Part shown: positions 23,850-37,300 of the stretch, in pieces
How the letters are laid out: every line of letters begins with the position of its first letter
Numbering within the stretch: the stretch's first letter is position 1
NCBI RefSeq assembly: GCF_018350175.1
Contig: NC_058368.1
Span: forward strand, 19,408,001-19,472,000
Length of the DNA: 64,000 bases
From: Felis catus
Taxonomy: Eukaryota
Direction of reading: 5' to 3'
The notes under the pieces: generated by a model
Databases searched by the model: none
Told to the model about the DNA's origin: nothing
Seen by the model: the letters and a program-made list of their open reading frames with translations, nothing else
Made by a program: the position numbers and the translations under genes

Positions 23850-26800
23850 TGTACTCTGTCAAAATAAATAAATAAACTTAAAAAAATAAAATTAAAAGAT
23901 TTATAGAAAGGTTTAGCAATTAACAGCAATTACTCCCACGGCATAAGAATTCGTGGAATGAGTGGGGTTGTGGACAAGGGGAAGTTTCGTTTCCATTGTG
24001 TTCACTTCTGTCTGGCTTCAGATATTTTTTAAAATCGCAAGTGTGTATTATGATAGTAATTAAAACACTAATAATAAGAGTGCCTGCTCAGTCAGTTGAG
24101 AGTTGGACTCTTGGTTTCGGCTCAGGTGATGATCTTGCGGTTTTGTGGGTTCAAGCCCCTCATCGGGCTCTGTGCTGACAGTGCAGAGCCTGCCTGGGAT
24201 TCTCTCTCTCTCTCTCTTGCACTCTCTGCCCCTCCCCCACTTGCACTCTGTCTCTCAAAATAAACAAAATCAACTTAAAAACTAAAATTAAAGAAATAAA
24301 AAACTAATAATAAAACATGGTGATGAACGTTGTCATAGGAGAATGCTGAAGCACGTTTCTGATTATTTTCTTTGGATAAATTTCTGGAAGAATTACTAAG
24401 TCAGACCCCGGAGCATTTTTAAAGTTTCTTAGTACATCTTATAACACCTACTTCCCAGAAAAATTTTACAGTTTATATACTTAACACCAGAAGTCTACGA
24501 GTGCTGTTTTGCTGCTGTTTGGATAACCCCGTGTACTAAAATTCTTTTTGTCTTTGACCATGTTTTTTTTTTTTTTTTTTTTTTTTTCAACGTTTTTTAT
24601 TTATTTTTGGGACAGAGAGAGACAGAGCATGAATGGGGGAGGGGCAGAGAGAGAGGGAGACACAGAATCGGAAACAGGCTCCAGGCTCCAAGCCATCAGC
24701 CCAGAGCCTGATGTGGGGCTCGAACTCACGGACCGTGAGATCGTGACCTGGCTGAAGTCGGACGCTTAACTGACTGCGCCACCCAGGCGCCCCTCTTTGA
24801 CCATGTTTTTGATGAGATATGCATGATATCAAGTTTTGTTTTCATCCTTGCTCTTTTGATTATGGAGTGAGGTTGAATATTTTCTTTTCTCTTTATCAGT
24901 CATTTTTGTTTAGTTTTTGTGAGTTTCCCATTCGTGTATTTTGCCCTATTTCTATTGGCAGATTTGCCTTTCTTTTCTTGTTAATTTGCCGGGACTCCTT
25001 TATATATTGTAAATACAGAACTATTTGTCACATACATTGCCAATATTTTTACCTAACCATCGAAATGCAGTGACCTACCTGCATTTGCCTTTTGATTTTG
25101 TGTATAATGTTCTTTTGAAAAATAGCAGTTAAAGTAGTTGAGTAGCCAAGCCTATCAACCTGGTAAGAATACTTCAGTTTCTTTTTTTTTTTATGTTTAT
25201 TTATTGGGGGGGGGGGAGAGAGAGAGAGAGAGAGAGCGGGAAAGGGGCAGAGAGAGAGGGTGAGAGAGAATCCCAAGCAGGCTTCATGCTGTCAGTGCAG
25301 AGCCCAACACGGGGCTCAAACCCACGAACCACGGGATTACCTGTGCTGAAGTCGGATGCTTAACCCACTGAGCCACCCAGGTGCCCCAGTTCCTTTTGTT
25401 TTGGAAGCTCATTTGCACCAGCTGTGCAGTTTAATTGGGGTGGAAGGAACTGAAGCTGAGAAGCTTCAAAGGCCTTGCTGAAGGGCACATAGGTAGGAGG
25501 CAGTCAGGCTGGGATCGAGAACGTTAATTTTTACAAAATCCTTAAATCTCAATGAGGATGAGAAATTTGGGAACTCCCACATCAAGTGTGGGCCAGTGTC
25601 GAAGAACATTACAGAGGGAGCAGTGGAGAGGAACCGGGGACCTGCAGAGGCCAGAAGCCAGGGTGGAAATGACAGACCAGAAGCCAGGGTGGAAATGACA
25701 GGGTGGAAATGATGGCAAAATGTTGAGAAGGAGGAAGTAGAGGTGAAAGCGAAGGGTGGCCGCTGCCGCTGCCACCAACACCATCGAAAAATACTGGTCA
25801 GTAGATGATATATTGAATAGTAAGAAAGTACATCAAATCAGAAATGAAGTCACAAGAGACAGTTTTTATTTGCAAGTGAAAAATGTTGTCATCTTAACAT
25901 AGAATTTTACTGGTCTGATTGATGTGATATAGGACCTTCTTCTTAAGATTTCATTTGATTCTTCTCAGTAGCGATTGCTGCTGGAACATTGCATTTTTAT
26001 AAAGAATGTCATTGCTGCAGAAAGATAAATATTCCAATAAGTTTCCTCTAGATGCCTGAATAATTAACACAATGCCACCAATGCAACTGAACCTTTTTTT
26101 TTTTTAATGTCTATTTATTTTTGAGTTGGAAAGAGACAGAGCACAAGCAGGGGAGGGGCAGAGAGAGAGGGAGACACAGAACCTGAAGCAGGCTCCAGGC
26201 TCTGAGCGGTCAGCACTGAGCCCGACGCGGGACTCGAACCCATGAACCATGAGGTCATGACCTGAGCTGAAGTAGGACTCTCAACCGACTGAGCCTCTCA
26301 GGCGCCCCACAACTGAACCTTTAAGACAGCACACCTTCACCAGAAATATTTATTTTCTTATTTACAATTGTCATAAACCATTGGTTAGATACAGATCTGC
26401 TCTAATTCTCGGGATGTCGTTTCCTGCCACTGTCGATCAGTGTCAGAAGTGGCATTAGGAGCCAGTGAAATTCTGAAGAATTTCAGATGACAGTGAGCAG
26501 AAAGCATGTTCTCGAAAGCAAATTATCTCTACAGACTATTCTCTCTTAATATACTTTAGATGCCCCCCCAAGAAAAAGAAGCATCAACGAAAGAAGTCGT
26601 TCTCCTGGCAAAGATGAAGCATCCCAACATCGTAACCTTCTTCAGTTCGTTTCAAGGTTTGACTTTCTAATGTGCTTCCAGGGTTTTAATAAAGTGTAGT
26701 CACGTAGACATCTATAAGGGATACGTTCCTGGGAACCGTGCATAAATTAGGTTTCGTAAACAGACTCGTTTTCCCGTTTACTTAAATGGTCATTTGAGGC

Positions 26801-28341
26801 ATTGACTTTACTTCTTCTCTAGTGCGTTTTCGTGGACGACTTTTCCAAGTTTGCTCAAGTTTTCCTACCTGTCCTTGATTCTTACCATCTCAAATAGTTA
26901 ATGATTGGTATGCTAATAACTCCTAGATTGTGGCCTCCAGTAATACACATGTATGTCTCACAGTGCACGTTGGCTGTGAGTGGGCAGGGTCTTAAGTCTG
27001 GGGCCCAGGTGATGGAGCCGCCCAGGTACGGAGCACGCTGTTCTCCTGAGCCAGAGAAAAGGGCGAGACACAGGGTCCACCACGCCATCACCGTCGGAGC
27101 CCTGCCAGGATGTGGCCTGTTTCTCATGATCGTTCTGAGCTCACGGTCTTGTTGGCACAGCAGTCCCGATAACATGGTGATGAGGAATGGATATCCTGCC
27201 TCTGAGAGTCCTTGCATGCGCTGGGGCAACAGGTGGGCTGTCCAGTCCTCTTACAGAGAGGCGGTGAACAGCCACGCACCGTGGCCAAGCAAACAGCCAA
27301 AGCAGAGGGGGAGAAGCTTTAAGGAAGCAATTCCCTTCCTGTGGATGCCTGAATACAACATCTCTTCTGCCTTCATCCACCACTTGGCTCCAGAGGCAAA
27401 AATACAAAACGCAACACGAAAGGAGCGTTGGTCAAAGACCATTCACTCACTTAACAAAGTTTTATTGAGTGCCCTCGATGCCAGGTGTTGTTCTGGGAGC
27501 CAGGAATATAACAGTGAACAAAACAGGCATAAGGTCCTGTCCTCATGGGGCCTCCATTCTAGGGGGAAGAGACAGACAATAAACATATCCTGTATGTCAG
27601 GTGTGTGTAAGGCTGCACACGGTTCACCGTGGAGCATCCCTGTGCCAGCCCCCAGCACTGGGGTGGGTGCTTCAGTTCACATGTGCTGAGTAGTTAATGG
27701 AGCAGGAATGTTACCTAGATGCCTTCAAGCACCCTCAGGGGGTGTAAACATCAGTAAATAAATATACATAGTTCCTACTGTTTGAGCTTTTACACTGCAT
27801 AGGGCACTGTGTTTCTTACAATTTTTTAAATATTTATTATTTTTAAAGGGGGGGGAGGGCAGAGAGAGAGGGAGACACAGAATCTGAAGCAGGCTCCAGG
27901 CTCTGAGCTTGTCAGCACAGAGCCTGATGCGGGGCCTGAACCTACGAACCGTGAGATCATGACCTGAGCGGAAGTCGGACGCTCAACTGACTGAGCCACC
28001 CAGGTGCCCCATGTTTCTTACAAATTAAAACCTCTGCATTCAGTGTGGCCCTCTTCAACTCCTGGGTATGAACAGGGTTCTTCTGAGCTCTACTTGGGAC
28101 TTGAGCAGTACATCTGAGCAGGGAGTTGGGTTATTTTGAACAACTTCTAAGGGGCAGCCACTGAATAAGTGCCCTATATTTCTATTCATTGATTCCTAAC
28201 AAGCCAGAAGACAATCTTTTCCTCATTCCTCGGGTTATTGCTGTTACTTCCTCTGTCTGGCTAACGCTCACGCTCAGGCCTTCTCCGAGATCACAGTTCC
28301 CGTCAGAGCCCCCTTCCTGACCTTGTACCGCACCTCTGCAC

Positions 28342-28392
<51 letters not shown>

Positions 28393-31300
28393 ACAGGTAT
28401 GAATTGGTGTAAGATAGTCCCTGTAAGACAGTAGATCTATTGAATCCTTTTCTCAGCACTGGATCCTCAGCATCTAACACATAGTAGGTGCTTAATATAC
28501 AATTGCTGAATGAGTACATGGACTGGACCACTTTCACAGAGTGGAATATGTCTTTATGCAAGGTAGATATTTGAGGACCGTTGACATAGATACTGTTTTA
28601 AAATCAGAGGTCATTTGCACAGCAGAAATGACCCCTACTGAGTCTGTTTATATTGTAAGCTTAAACTTTCTTGTGGCAGCTTTATTTTTTGTTTTTGAAG
28701 TGTGTGTTTAGGAAAACTAGAGCAATGAGGACAATGGGTTTGCCTGCAGGTTGTTGGGACTTGAAACATGGAGCTTATCTGAAAGCCACCGAACCCTTTG
28801 TAGCCCGGGACAGCTCAGAGTCAAGATAAAGCCTTTGTTTACCCTCAACAGCTTGTCTCTGAACAGAACCATGGCTCTAGTTCAGTAAATGTTTATCTAT
28901 AAAAAGTATGAAGTTTTTGTAAGTTTGAAACAACATATGAATAATAAGGCGATGTAGTGAGATTTTTCCTGAAGCTAAGTTAATTCCATTTAAATTCTTT
29001 CAGTAAATATTTATCGAGTGCCTGTTATATGCTAGGCATGTTCTAAGTTTTAGGGATCATCGGTGAACAAAATTGGCCAGTGTCCCCCACACTGTTGTTT
29101 ACACACTGTTGCTGTGTAACAGAACAAGTGACCACAAATTCAGTGGCTTGAACCAACACCCATTTATCTTTTCCTAACCTCTCTAGATCACAGGTCTGGG
29201 TTTGGTTCTCTGGATTCTCCGCTCAGGGTCTCTCTCTCCACTGGGTCTGCTGTCTCATCGGAGGCTCAGCATTCTCTTCCATGCTTATTCACGGTGCTGG
29301 CAGAATTCATCTGCTTCACTGGGGTGGGTATGGGCTTCCAGAGGCCAGCTGCCCTTTTGTAGGCCTTCTCTCCCTTGGAATCTCTCACTTCCTCTGTCTC
29401 TGACCTCTAGACTTAGATTTGGATGGATGCTGTGTTTAGGTCAAGCCCACCGGTAAAATCTCCTTTTCTATTAACTCAAAGTCAACTGACTTCAGTTATA
29501 TCAGCAGGATCCCCTTCGCTGTATGACATGACATAACCATGGGAATGATAGCCCATCGTATTTACAGGTTGTACCCTCACTCTGGGGGAGGGAGTCCACA
29601 AGGTGTGTGCACTGGGGCCACCTTAGAATTCTGCCTGCTATCGACTGTGGAGTTTTATAGGCCCAGGGGAAAGGGTGGGGAGGGTTGGACAATAAATGTT
29701 ACTTAATTAATAAGCACATTGTGTCGTATACTAGAAGGTGATAAGTGCTGTGGCAAAATAAAATAGGGTGAGGCAGGAGTGAGGAAACAAGTTAGAATAG
29801 GGCAGTCATTTGAGCAAAGACTTGAAGAGCCATGCTAAACTCTGGGGAGGAGTTTCCTAGGACAGGGCAACAGCCACTGCAAAGGCAGGAGGCAAGAGCA
29901 GGCCTGATGGGTTAAAGGATTGGCCAGGAGGCTTTGGGGAGAGGCAATCTGCTATGGGCCCTGAGCATCTCACACACGCTCGCTGGGTGTGCCAGGAACG
30001 CACAGCCCCGACCGCTGTCTACCCAGCTACATATTGTGTGTGTAGTGAGCGACACTGACGGATGAGACATCTCCCCCAAGGCGGAGCTGGCTTGTTCACA
30101 GCTCACTAAAATGCAGTAGATTCCTTAAGGTCAGTGTTCCTTTCCTGTAACGTGGCCCACTGCAGTGCATGTGCTTGTCTAGGCTCACATGTTGTACCTC
30201 CGTGGAGTTTGGGGCACACAGAGAACGAGCGCTAACGTGAAGCTCTGACTCCTGCTTTTGCCAAGAGTAATAAAGTCCTTTGCCTCTGGCCCAGGAGTTG
30301 CATGTCCCGGCATCCGTGAAATAGTCACAGGCTTGTAAATAGTCCAGAATCTCATACCTGGCACGGAGCCCACTGGGAAGTCATTGTGAGTAGAGTACAA
30401 TGAGCAAGGGAGAATAGCAGGAGGTATTTTTATTCTTTAGGCCGATTCTGTGTCCCTCCTTGATGTGGGGTGCTAAAATGCTTTTATTTATGGAATGATG
30501 GTGGTAATGGATGATATTTCATCAAATCTAGAGGCCATTAGTTACAAGATACACCATTCTGTGCTAATTACAAGAAACAATACTGTCAATTAGACTATAA
30601 CACACTGCTTTTTTATCACAATTTTGTATTTAATGTGTATTAAAAGAGCCTTTTTAGACTTATTTACTTTCTATTACTCTTGTGCATACATAAAAAGGCA
30701 ACTATAAGCAAATTAAATTGGTTAAGGTGTAAAAGTTATGCAGGAGGTATAATAACACCAAGACTGCTGGGCCCCCGGCAACCGATTAGAAGATGCCAAT
30801 GTCTGTAAGATGCAATCCTAACTTTTTAAAAGTGCAGTTTAGAACGAATTAATTACAGCAGTTGTTTTTTAAGTGTTGGAATTTGACAACAGAAAAGTTG
30901 CTTAATGTCAGTCCCTACTATTAGTGTCCCTAAATAGTTTTGAAAGGTCAATGACCCATGAGCTCTATAGTTCCAGAAGTTGCTGCCCTACAGTATGTCT
31001 TGTACTTCCTTTTTAGAGAGCATCCTTTTCCTCTTCTCTGCATTGTCAAATATTCTTTAAGACTAAATACAGTCTTAATATTTGCAGAAAGGGACCTCTG
31101 TCACCTCTGCTCTGAGCACCTCCAAACGCTTGCTCACGTGGCATATAATCTGCTGTATTATCGTGCCAGTGTATTGCATTCTTTATTTCCATCAATGGGA
31201 TTGGAGGCCGTGAGAACAAAATCCTTTCTCATACCTCTTTCCCCTCCTACCGTGCTTATTCTTCTTAAACAGATGGAAAATTTGAGAACATAAATGATAT

Positions 31301-34300
31301 TTCCAGACAGTTCTAACCCCATTTAAATATGAAATTAACAGTAGCTAGTGGGGAGGCGATGGATATTTAGAGCCAAATGATGCTCATTGACCCAAATAGT
31401 TTTTTTTTTTTTTAAGATGGCTCAGCCATGATTACTTCTGAACCAGCCAATTAATTTCTTTCACGGAAAGCCAGTGTAAGGCTGAGTGAATTGTAGGTTG
31501 GTGGAAAGTGAGTGAAATGGAGCCCTTTGTCCTTAGCTTTCCTGACTTTGACTGTTCCGTGGTTTTAAGATTGTCATCCCTTCATCACTATGGCGGCCCT
31601 TTCAATGACTCAGCTATGAGAAACAGTAGCTCTCCTAAAAGTAATATGTTCCTGAAAATAACTGATCCCTAGGTGATTAGGGTATGTCAGGAAATACCTT
31701 CTTAAGACCCTCGTAGACTCCCCAAGTCTGTCCTCGACTGGCTCTTGTCCCCTTTGTCCTCCAGGGCACAGACTTCCACTTAGCTCTTCTCACGTGTACT
31801 CACTGATTTGCCAACTCTACGGTCCACGCCTTGTGCAGGAAGGATGGCTTATTTACCTTTTATTCTCAGCACCGCTTTCCTTGGCATGTCCTCGGTAAAA
31901 GTCTGTGGATGAATGAATGGATCTGTCCCGTTTGAGGAGGGAGGTGGACATTGAAGTGTTATGTGAAAGGAGCACTGAGTTTGTGAATTAGGTGCAACCA
32001 CAACCGAGGGCAGATGCTGTCAGGATGCTCGCGGCCGCTTTAAAGTTGGTTTAAGCTACTTGGAAGAGAGAGGTAGCAAACGATAGCTATTTGGCAAGAG
32101 ATTCTGGCCTTTAGTGGATGTTCAGTCACTACAGGGCAAAACACTAGGGAGATTAACCCCTGATTTTGTGCCATGTTTTTGTGTTCCTTACATGTTTTAT
32201 GAAACCACTTAACCAAACTTGATTAAGCCCCTTCCATGTGCCTTCTACTGTGCTAGGTGCAGGGAATACAGAAGAGCAGAGTGTGGGCTCTGTCTGCAGG
32301 GAACCCACAAAATAGCAGGAGACGTGAATAACTGAGTAGGAGCCGTTTCCTAACAGGAGCCCCATTGGCAGCTGGCTGGTTAAGGGGAAAGGCTGGTTAA
32401 GCAGGAAATCATACAAACGTGTTTAATTTTCATCTATAAATGCACAATCACTTGCCAAACTTTTGACATAAGACCGAGGCCTCATCTTTGATTATGCGTT
32501 CATTGCATAGAGTTCTGAATATTCTTACATAGGCGACTCTCCTCCATTTCTTTTTAGAGCTTTTTAAAGCTTTCTTTTTAAAGCTCCAATCTTTTTAAAG
32601 CTTTCTTGGTTATTTTCCACTTGTCTTATCCAACGTTTAGGTCGATGGCATTTTTTTTTTTAAAGCTACTCGCTTTTATTGAGTTCTCCACAGTATTCAA
32701 CATAGGTTTTGTAGAAATAATCACATCTCTCTTTTTCCATTCGTATTTCATCAGTTCATGCAATTATTGTAATAACAAGTATAATTGGCCTAAGCAGATT
32801 TGGGAATGCCCACGATGATCTTGGTGAGAATTAGTGGGAACAGAGGTAGCTGAGCAGGCTAGAGAGGCCAGTAGCCACGAGTGGAAACCCTGAGTGGGCA
32901 GCAGGAATGGAGAATGCGCATTACTCTAGAAAGTAGGTCAGGCAGAGGTCAATTGAGAAGAGTGCGTATTGTTCTCAACAACATAGCTGAGTAAGTGCCA
33001 TATAAATAAAAGGTTATACTCAAGTTCAAAGGTCTATTAATTCTTCCTGGGGTTTTGGTTAAGATTCCGGGCTGCTATTTTACAGCAGATTTCTCACATC
33101 TTGCAGGAATGTGTTAATAACAATTGTTAACATTTATGGAACTCTCTTTATATGCGGGCATTGTTCTAAGCATCTGACATGGATTAACTTGTTTAACCTT
33201 TATGACAGTCCTGAGAGGAGTTTCTATATTATTATCTCCACCTTACAGATGAGATAATGACGCACAGAGAAATTTAAATAACTTGCCCAGAGTCACAGAG
33301 CTAGGAAATGTTAAGTGGTGAAGTGGGATGAGAACCCAGTCCACCATGATTCTACAGCCAGAGTTTTTAACAATTGTATACTGCATTTTTCTGTTATATT
33401 CTCCATCTTCGGGAACATGAAAGGTAATGAATGATGCCTTTTCTTACAGAGAACAATAGGCTGTTTATTGTGATGGAGTATTGTGACGGAGGGGATCTCA
33501 TGAAAAGGATCCATAGACAACGGGGAGTGTTATTTAGCGAAGATCAGGTAAAAACACCTCCATTTTGCCTTTTAATTTGTATGAGGGGCAATTAGATTTA
33601 TAGTGCTGTAAGTAATAGACCATATTTATATACAGCATGATTGCTGGTAGAGAAAATTTAAATCATAAAACTGTGTATCAATATTCTTGATAGATTTAGT
33701 CCAGAGCATGTTTGCAATTGAACTGAAATTGAATCTCTTTTTGAGAGTGAACTTTGAGAAACGATAGTGTATTTTTGGACAATCTCATGTAGGATGCCCT
33801 TGAGATAAATCTTCCTGGCTAAAAAAACGTGAATGTGGATGTTCCTCAGCCATTTCAAATGTGACATATTTATAGCTTTACTCTTCTTCCTTTTACCATT
33901 TAGTATGCTGTTTTAAAATAGCTATCCCACTTTGCTAGGGAGCATGGAAGGCCTTCGTGGCAATTGGCTATTTAGTTTCATTGATTATGAAGAAAGAGGA
34001 GAGAAAAGGTGAAGAATAATGGCCTCAATTCCCATTCCCTCTTGGCACAAACACATTTTTCTTCCATACTCGGAGCTTCCTCTGGAACTCTCCTGGGAGC
34101 TGTACTCATGAAGGAGACAGCAAGTATGTGTGTGTAGAAGGGACTCTGAATCGGGCCTGTGTGATGGATAAGGCAGGCCACTGCCTGGAGCCGTGCACAG
34201 GAATGGCCTGCCATCTTTCTTTCGGCCATTTGTTTCTTTGTTCTGTTTTACCATGTAAGAGCCTCATGCCTATATCATTTCCTACGGCACACAATAGAAT

Positions 34301-37300
34301 AGTTTGAATAGACAGATGATTCAGGAATCAGGATCTCTAAAGTTTGCAGATTTAATCACGCATTCTTCCTATGTTCATTTACATTTTATATTAAATTCCA
34401 TATTTGTAGAAACCCTCCTTTCTTCCTATCCAGGTATTGTTTTGCTTCATTTAATAAAAATACTTTTCTCTACAAAATTTTGAGTTACATTTCCCTCTGT
34501 TGGAAAAGAATGAAAATTATAACAATCTTAGCATCTGGAGTATAGCTTTTTTCCTTTTGTTTTTCTTTTTCTGTGTAACCTGGCATCCAAAGAACCAATG
34601 AAATTTTAGAATAGTTTAAGGAAATCTTTACAGGCCTAGAACACATTTTTAGAAAGAGGCTCATGGCCAGCTACGAGAAAATAAAATCAAGACTAAGAAA
34701 GGAAATTAAGTTTTAAAAGTAAGATATTTGTTGTTTTTATATTAGATACATATATACTGATAATTCATTAAAGTTGTTAACAACCTCACAGATTCTCTGC
34801 CTCTTCTGCTTTCCCTCTCTGCCCTGGGCACCCTCTTTCCACTGAAAAGGAAACACTCGTGGCACCAGGGTTATCAGGAAATGCTGCTTATCTACTGTCC
34901 TAGTGCAGTTAGCAGACCAGTGTTAAGAAAAAAGAAAATCATGAACTGCCTCCCTCTCTCCCCTGCTTCTACTTATCTTTTTCTGTACTTTTTCTGTACT
35001 TTGATACCAGTGCATTCAAATTGCCTTTTGCAACCTCCATTTTTCTAGCTATAAAAAGAGAATAATGTGATAAGATGGTATTTCTAGTAGTTTCGTTCAT
35101 ATAAGTTCGGACACACAAATGTGTCATTTCTCTCTTTTTGTACATTATCATGAAGACATTTCAATGACCACCAGACCACTGACCAGTTTCGTTTAATGTT
35201 CCCTCTACAGATTCTGAGTTGGTTTGTACAGATTTCTCTAGGACTAAAATATATTCATGACAGGAAGATCTTACACAGGGACATAAAAGCACAGGTAAGA
35301 GTTCAGAGAGAAGATCAAGACAGAAACCGATCTTGCTGTTTTCTTGAAATATCTCCCACAACATAGCATTCTCTCTATTTATAGAACATTTTTCTTAGCA
35401 AGAATGGAATGGTTGCAAAGCTTGGGGACTTTGGGATAGCAAGAGTTCTGAACAAGTAAGTGCTTTTAAAAATCCTTTTTCTTTCTATTCATAACAGCCA
35501 AAATATGTATTTTTAGGTATCATGAATTAAGATATTAAAAGCTTGGTTTCCAGATAATTTGAGATAACTATTTCTATAAATGCCTTAAGTCATTCAGATG
35601 ATACTTGGTCTGAGATTAAAATTTCCAAGATAAATCTCGGTATAATACAATGATGGTGGCAGTATTGTGTAGTGTGAGATAAGCTTATCACAGGAGATGT
35701 GACTGAATATGCACAAAGCTAGTGCATTTAGTGAAACAGGCAAATTCACACATGCTCCGGGGAATGTATCGATGCAACTGCTTTGGAAGACAATTTAGTG
35801 GTAATAAGTATCAAGAGATTTTTAATCATTCTATTCCTGGGAATAGGAATAATTTAAATGCCTTATAATTGGGAAATAGGTAAATTTTATAAAACACGGC
35901 ATAAGCGTGGACCTGAATGTTATGTAGCCATTTATATTTATGATTTTGAAGACTTCTTGATGACATGGGAACAAACTTTGTCATATGAAGGCAAAAAATG
36001 GAATTCTGAATTTTAAATCCTCTGTGATCACAGTCATATGAAAAATATGCCTGGAAAAAAGATGAGAAGGAAATATATCCAAATTTTAAATAATAGCTGT
36101 TTTGGGGTAGTGAGATTCTGGGTAATTTTTTTCTTCTTTATTCACTTTCGTGTTTTCCAAATCTTAAGCCATGAGATTGCATTATTTTGGTAATTGGAAA
36201 GGGGGAATTCTTTCTGCATCTAAGAGTTTTGTAATATAACAATTGTACTTCTTTGTGGAGTCTTTGAGCCATAAATTTGTTTTATGTGTTGATTTGGGGG
36301 AGGTAAATTATAAACTTAAAAATCAACTAACTTTAAAAAAAATCAACTAACTTTATTATTCTTGTTATTAGTATGCAATATGTTTGCTTTATTTCAGTAT
36401 GTGCATTCATCAAATGTTGTGTTATCCATTTTTATACTTTTTTTCTTGCATGTCTGTGTCTTAAGCCTTTTCTTACTCCAGTAATCAACTGTGTTGTTTT
36501 ATTATTTAATATGATTTGCTAGTTCCATGGAACTTGCTAGAACTTGTATTGGAACACCTTACTACCTGTCCCCAGAGATCTGTCAGAATAAACCCTACAA
36601 CAATAAAACGTGAGTTACCGACTATTGGTTTGAAAGTCTCAGTACTAACACTGGTAGGTTCCCTCTTTCTTATGGTACTTATGTAATTGCATTTTCTTCA
36701 TGTGTGAAATGGGGACCCCAGTGACTATCTTGACCACTTCACTTAAAAATACAGGTGATAAAAGGAATATTGAAAATTGCAGACACTGTGATGTCCGTCT
36801 TTCTATTTGCTCTTCATACCTTCTAAACGCTATTTAGCCAAATTCAGGAAAGTGTTGTGGATGGGTCAGATAGAAGGCAGGGAGGTCTGGTGGCAGAGCC
36901 CCGTCGCCAACTCGACCAAGTGGTTAACCTCTGTGGGCCTCAGTTCCCCTAGCAGTAATAGAGAGTGTGGGCCAGGTAATTGTTAAGGTATCTTCCAGCT
37001 TTAAAACCCAGCTAGTTTTATGAATACGATACTAAGCCCGCTGTTCAGGGGTAATATTGATATACGCAGTAGGAAAAGGTGAACATGAGGTAGTTTTTAC
37101 TTCTATGTAAGAAGGGGAAAAAAAATCCACTTTTCAAAGCTGGCTGCCAGATGAACTTGTTGGCTTATCAGGAAGACTGAGTTCCTTCTGGGAGTTAATT
37201 TTCCATTTGTTTAGGAAAATCCCCAAGAGATGTTTGGCTGTTTGACTTTGCAAGAGATAAGTGGAGGGCAAAGCCCAGATGGCAGAGATTTCTAAAAAAG

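Noticed and set aside
26901..27689. Longest ORF in the track (262 aa)
   Set aside because: Intronic, no recognisable protein similarity, and it runs through L2/MIR-like remnants; most likely a chance ORF.
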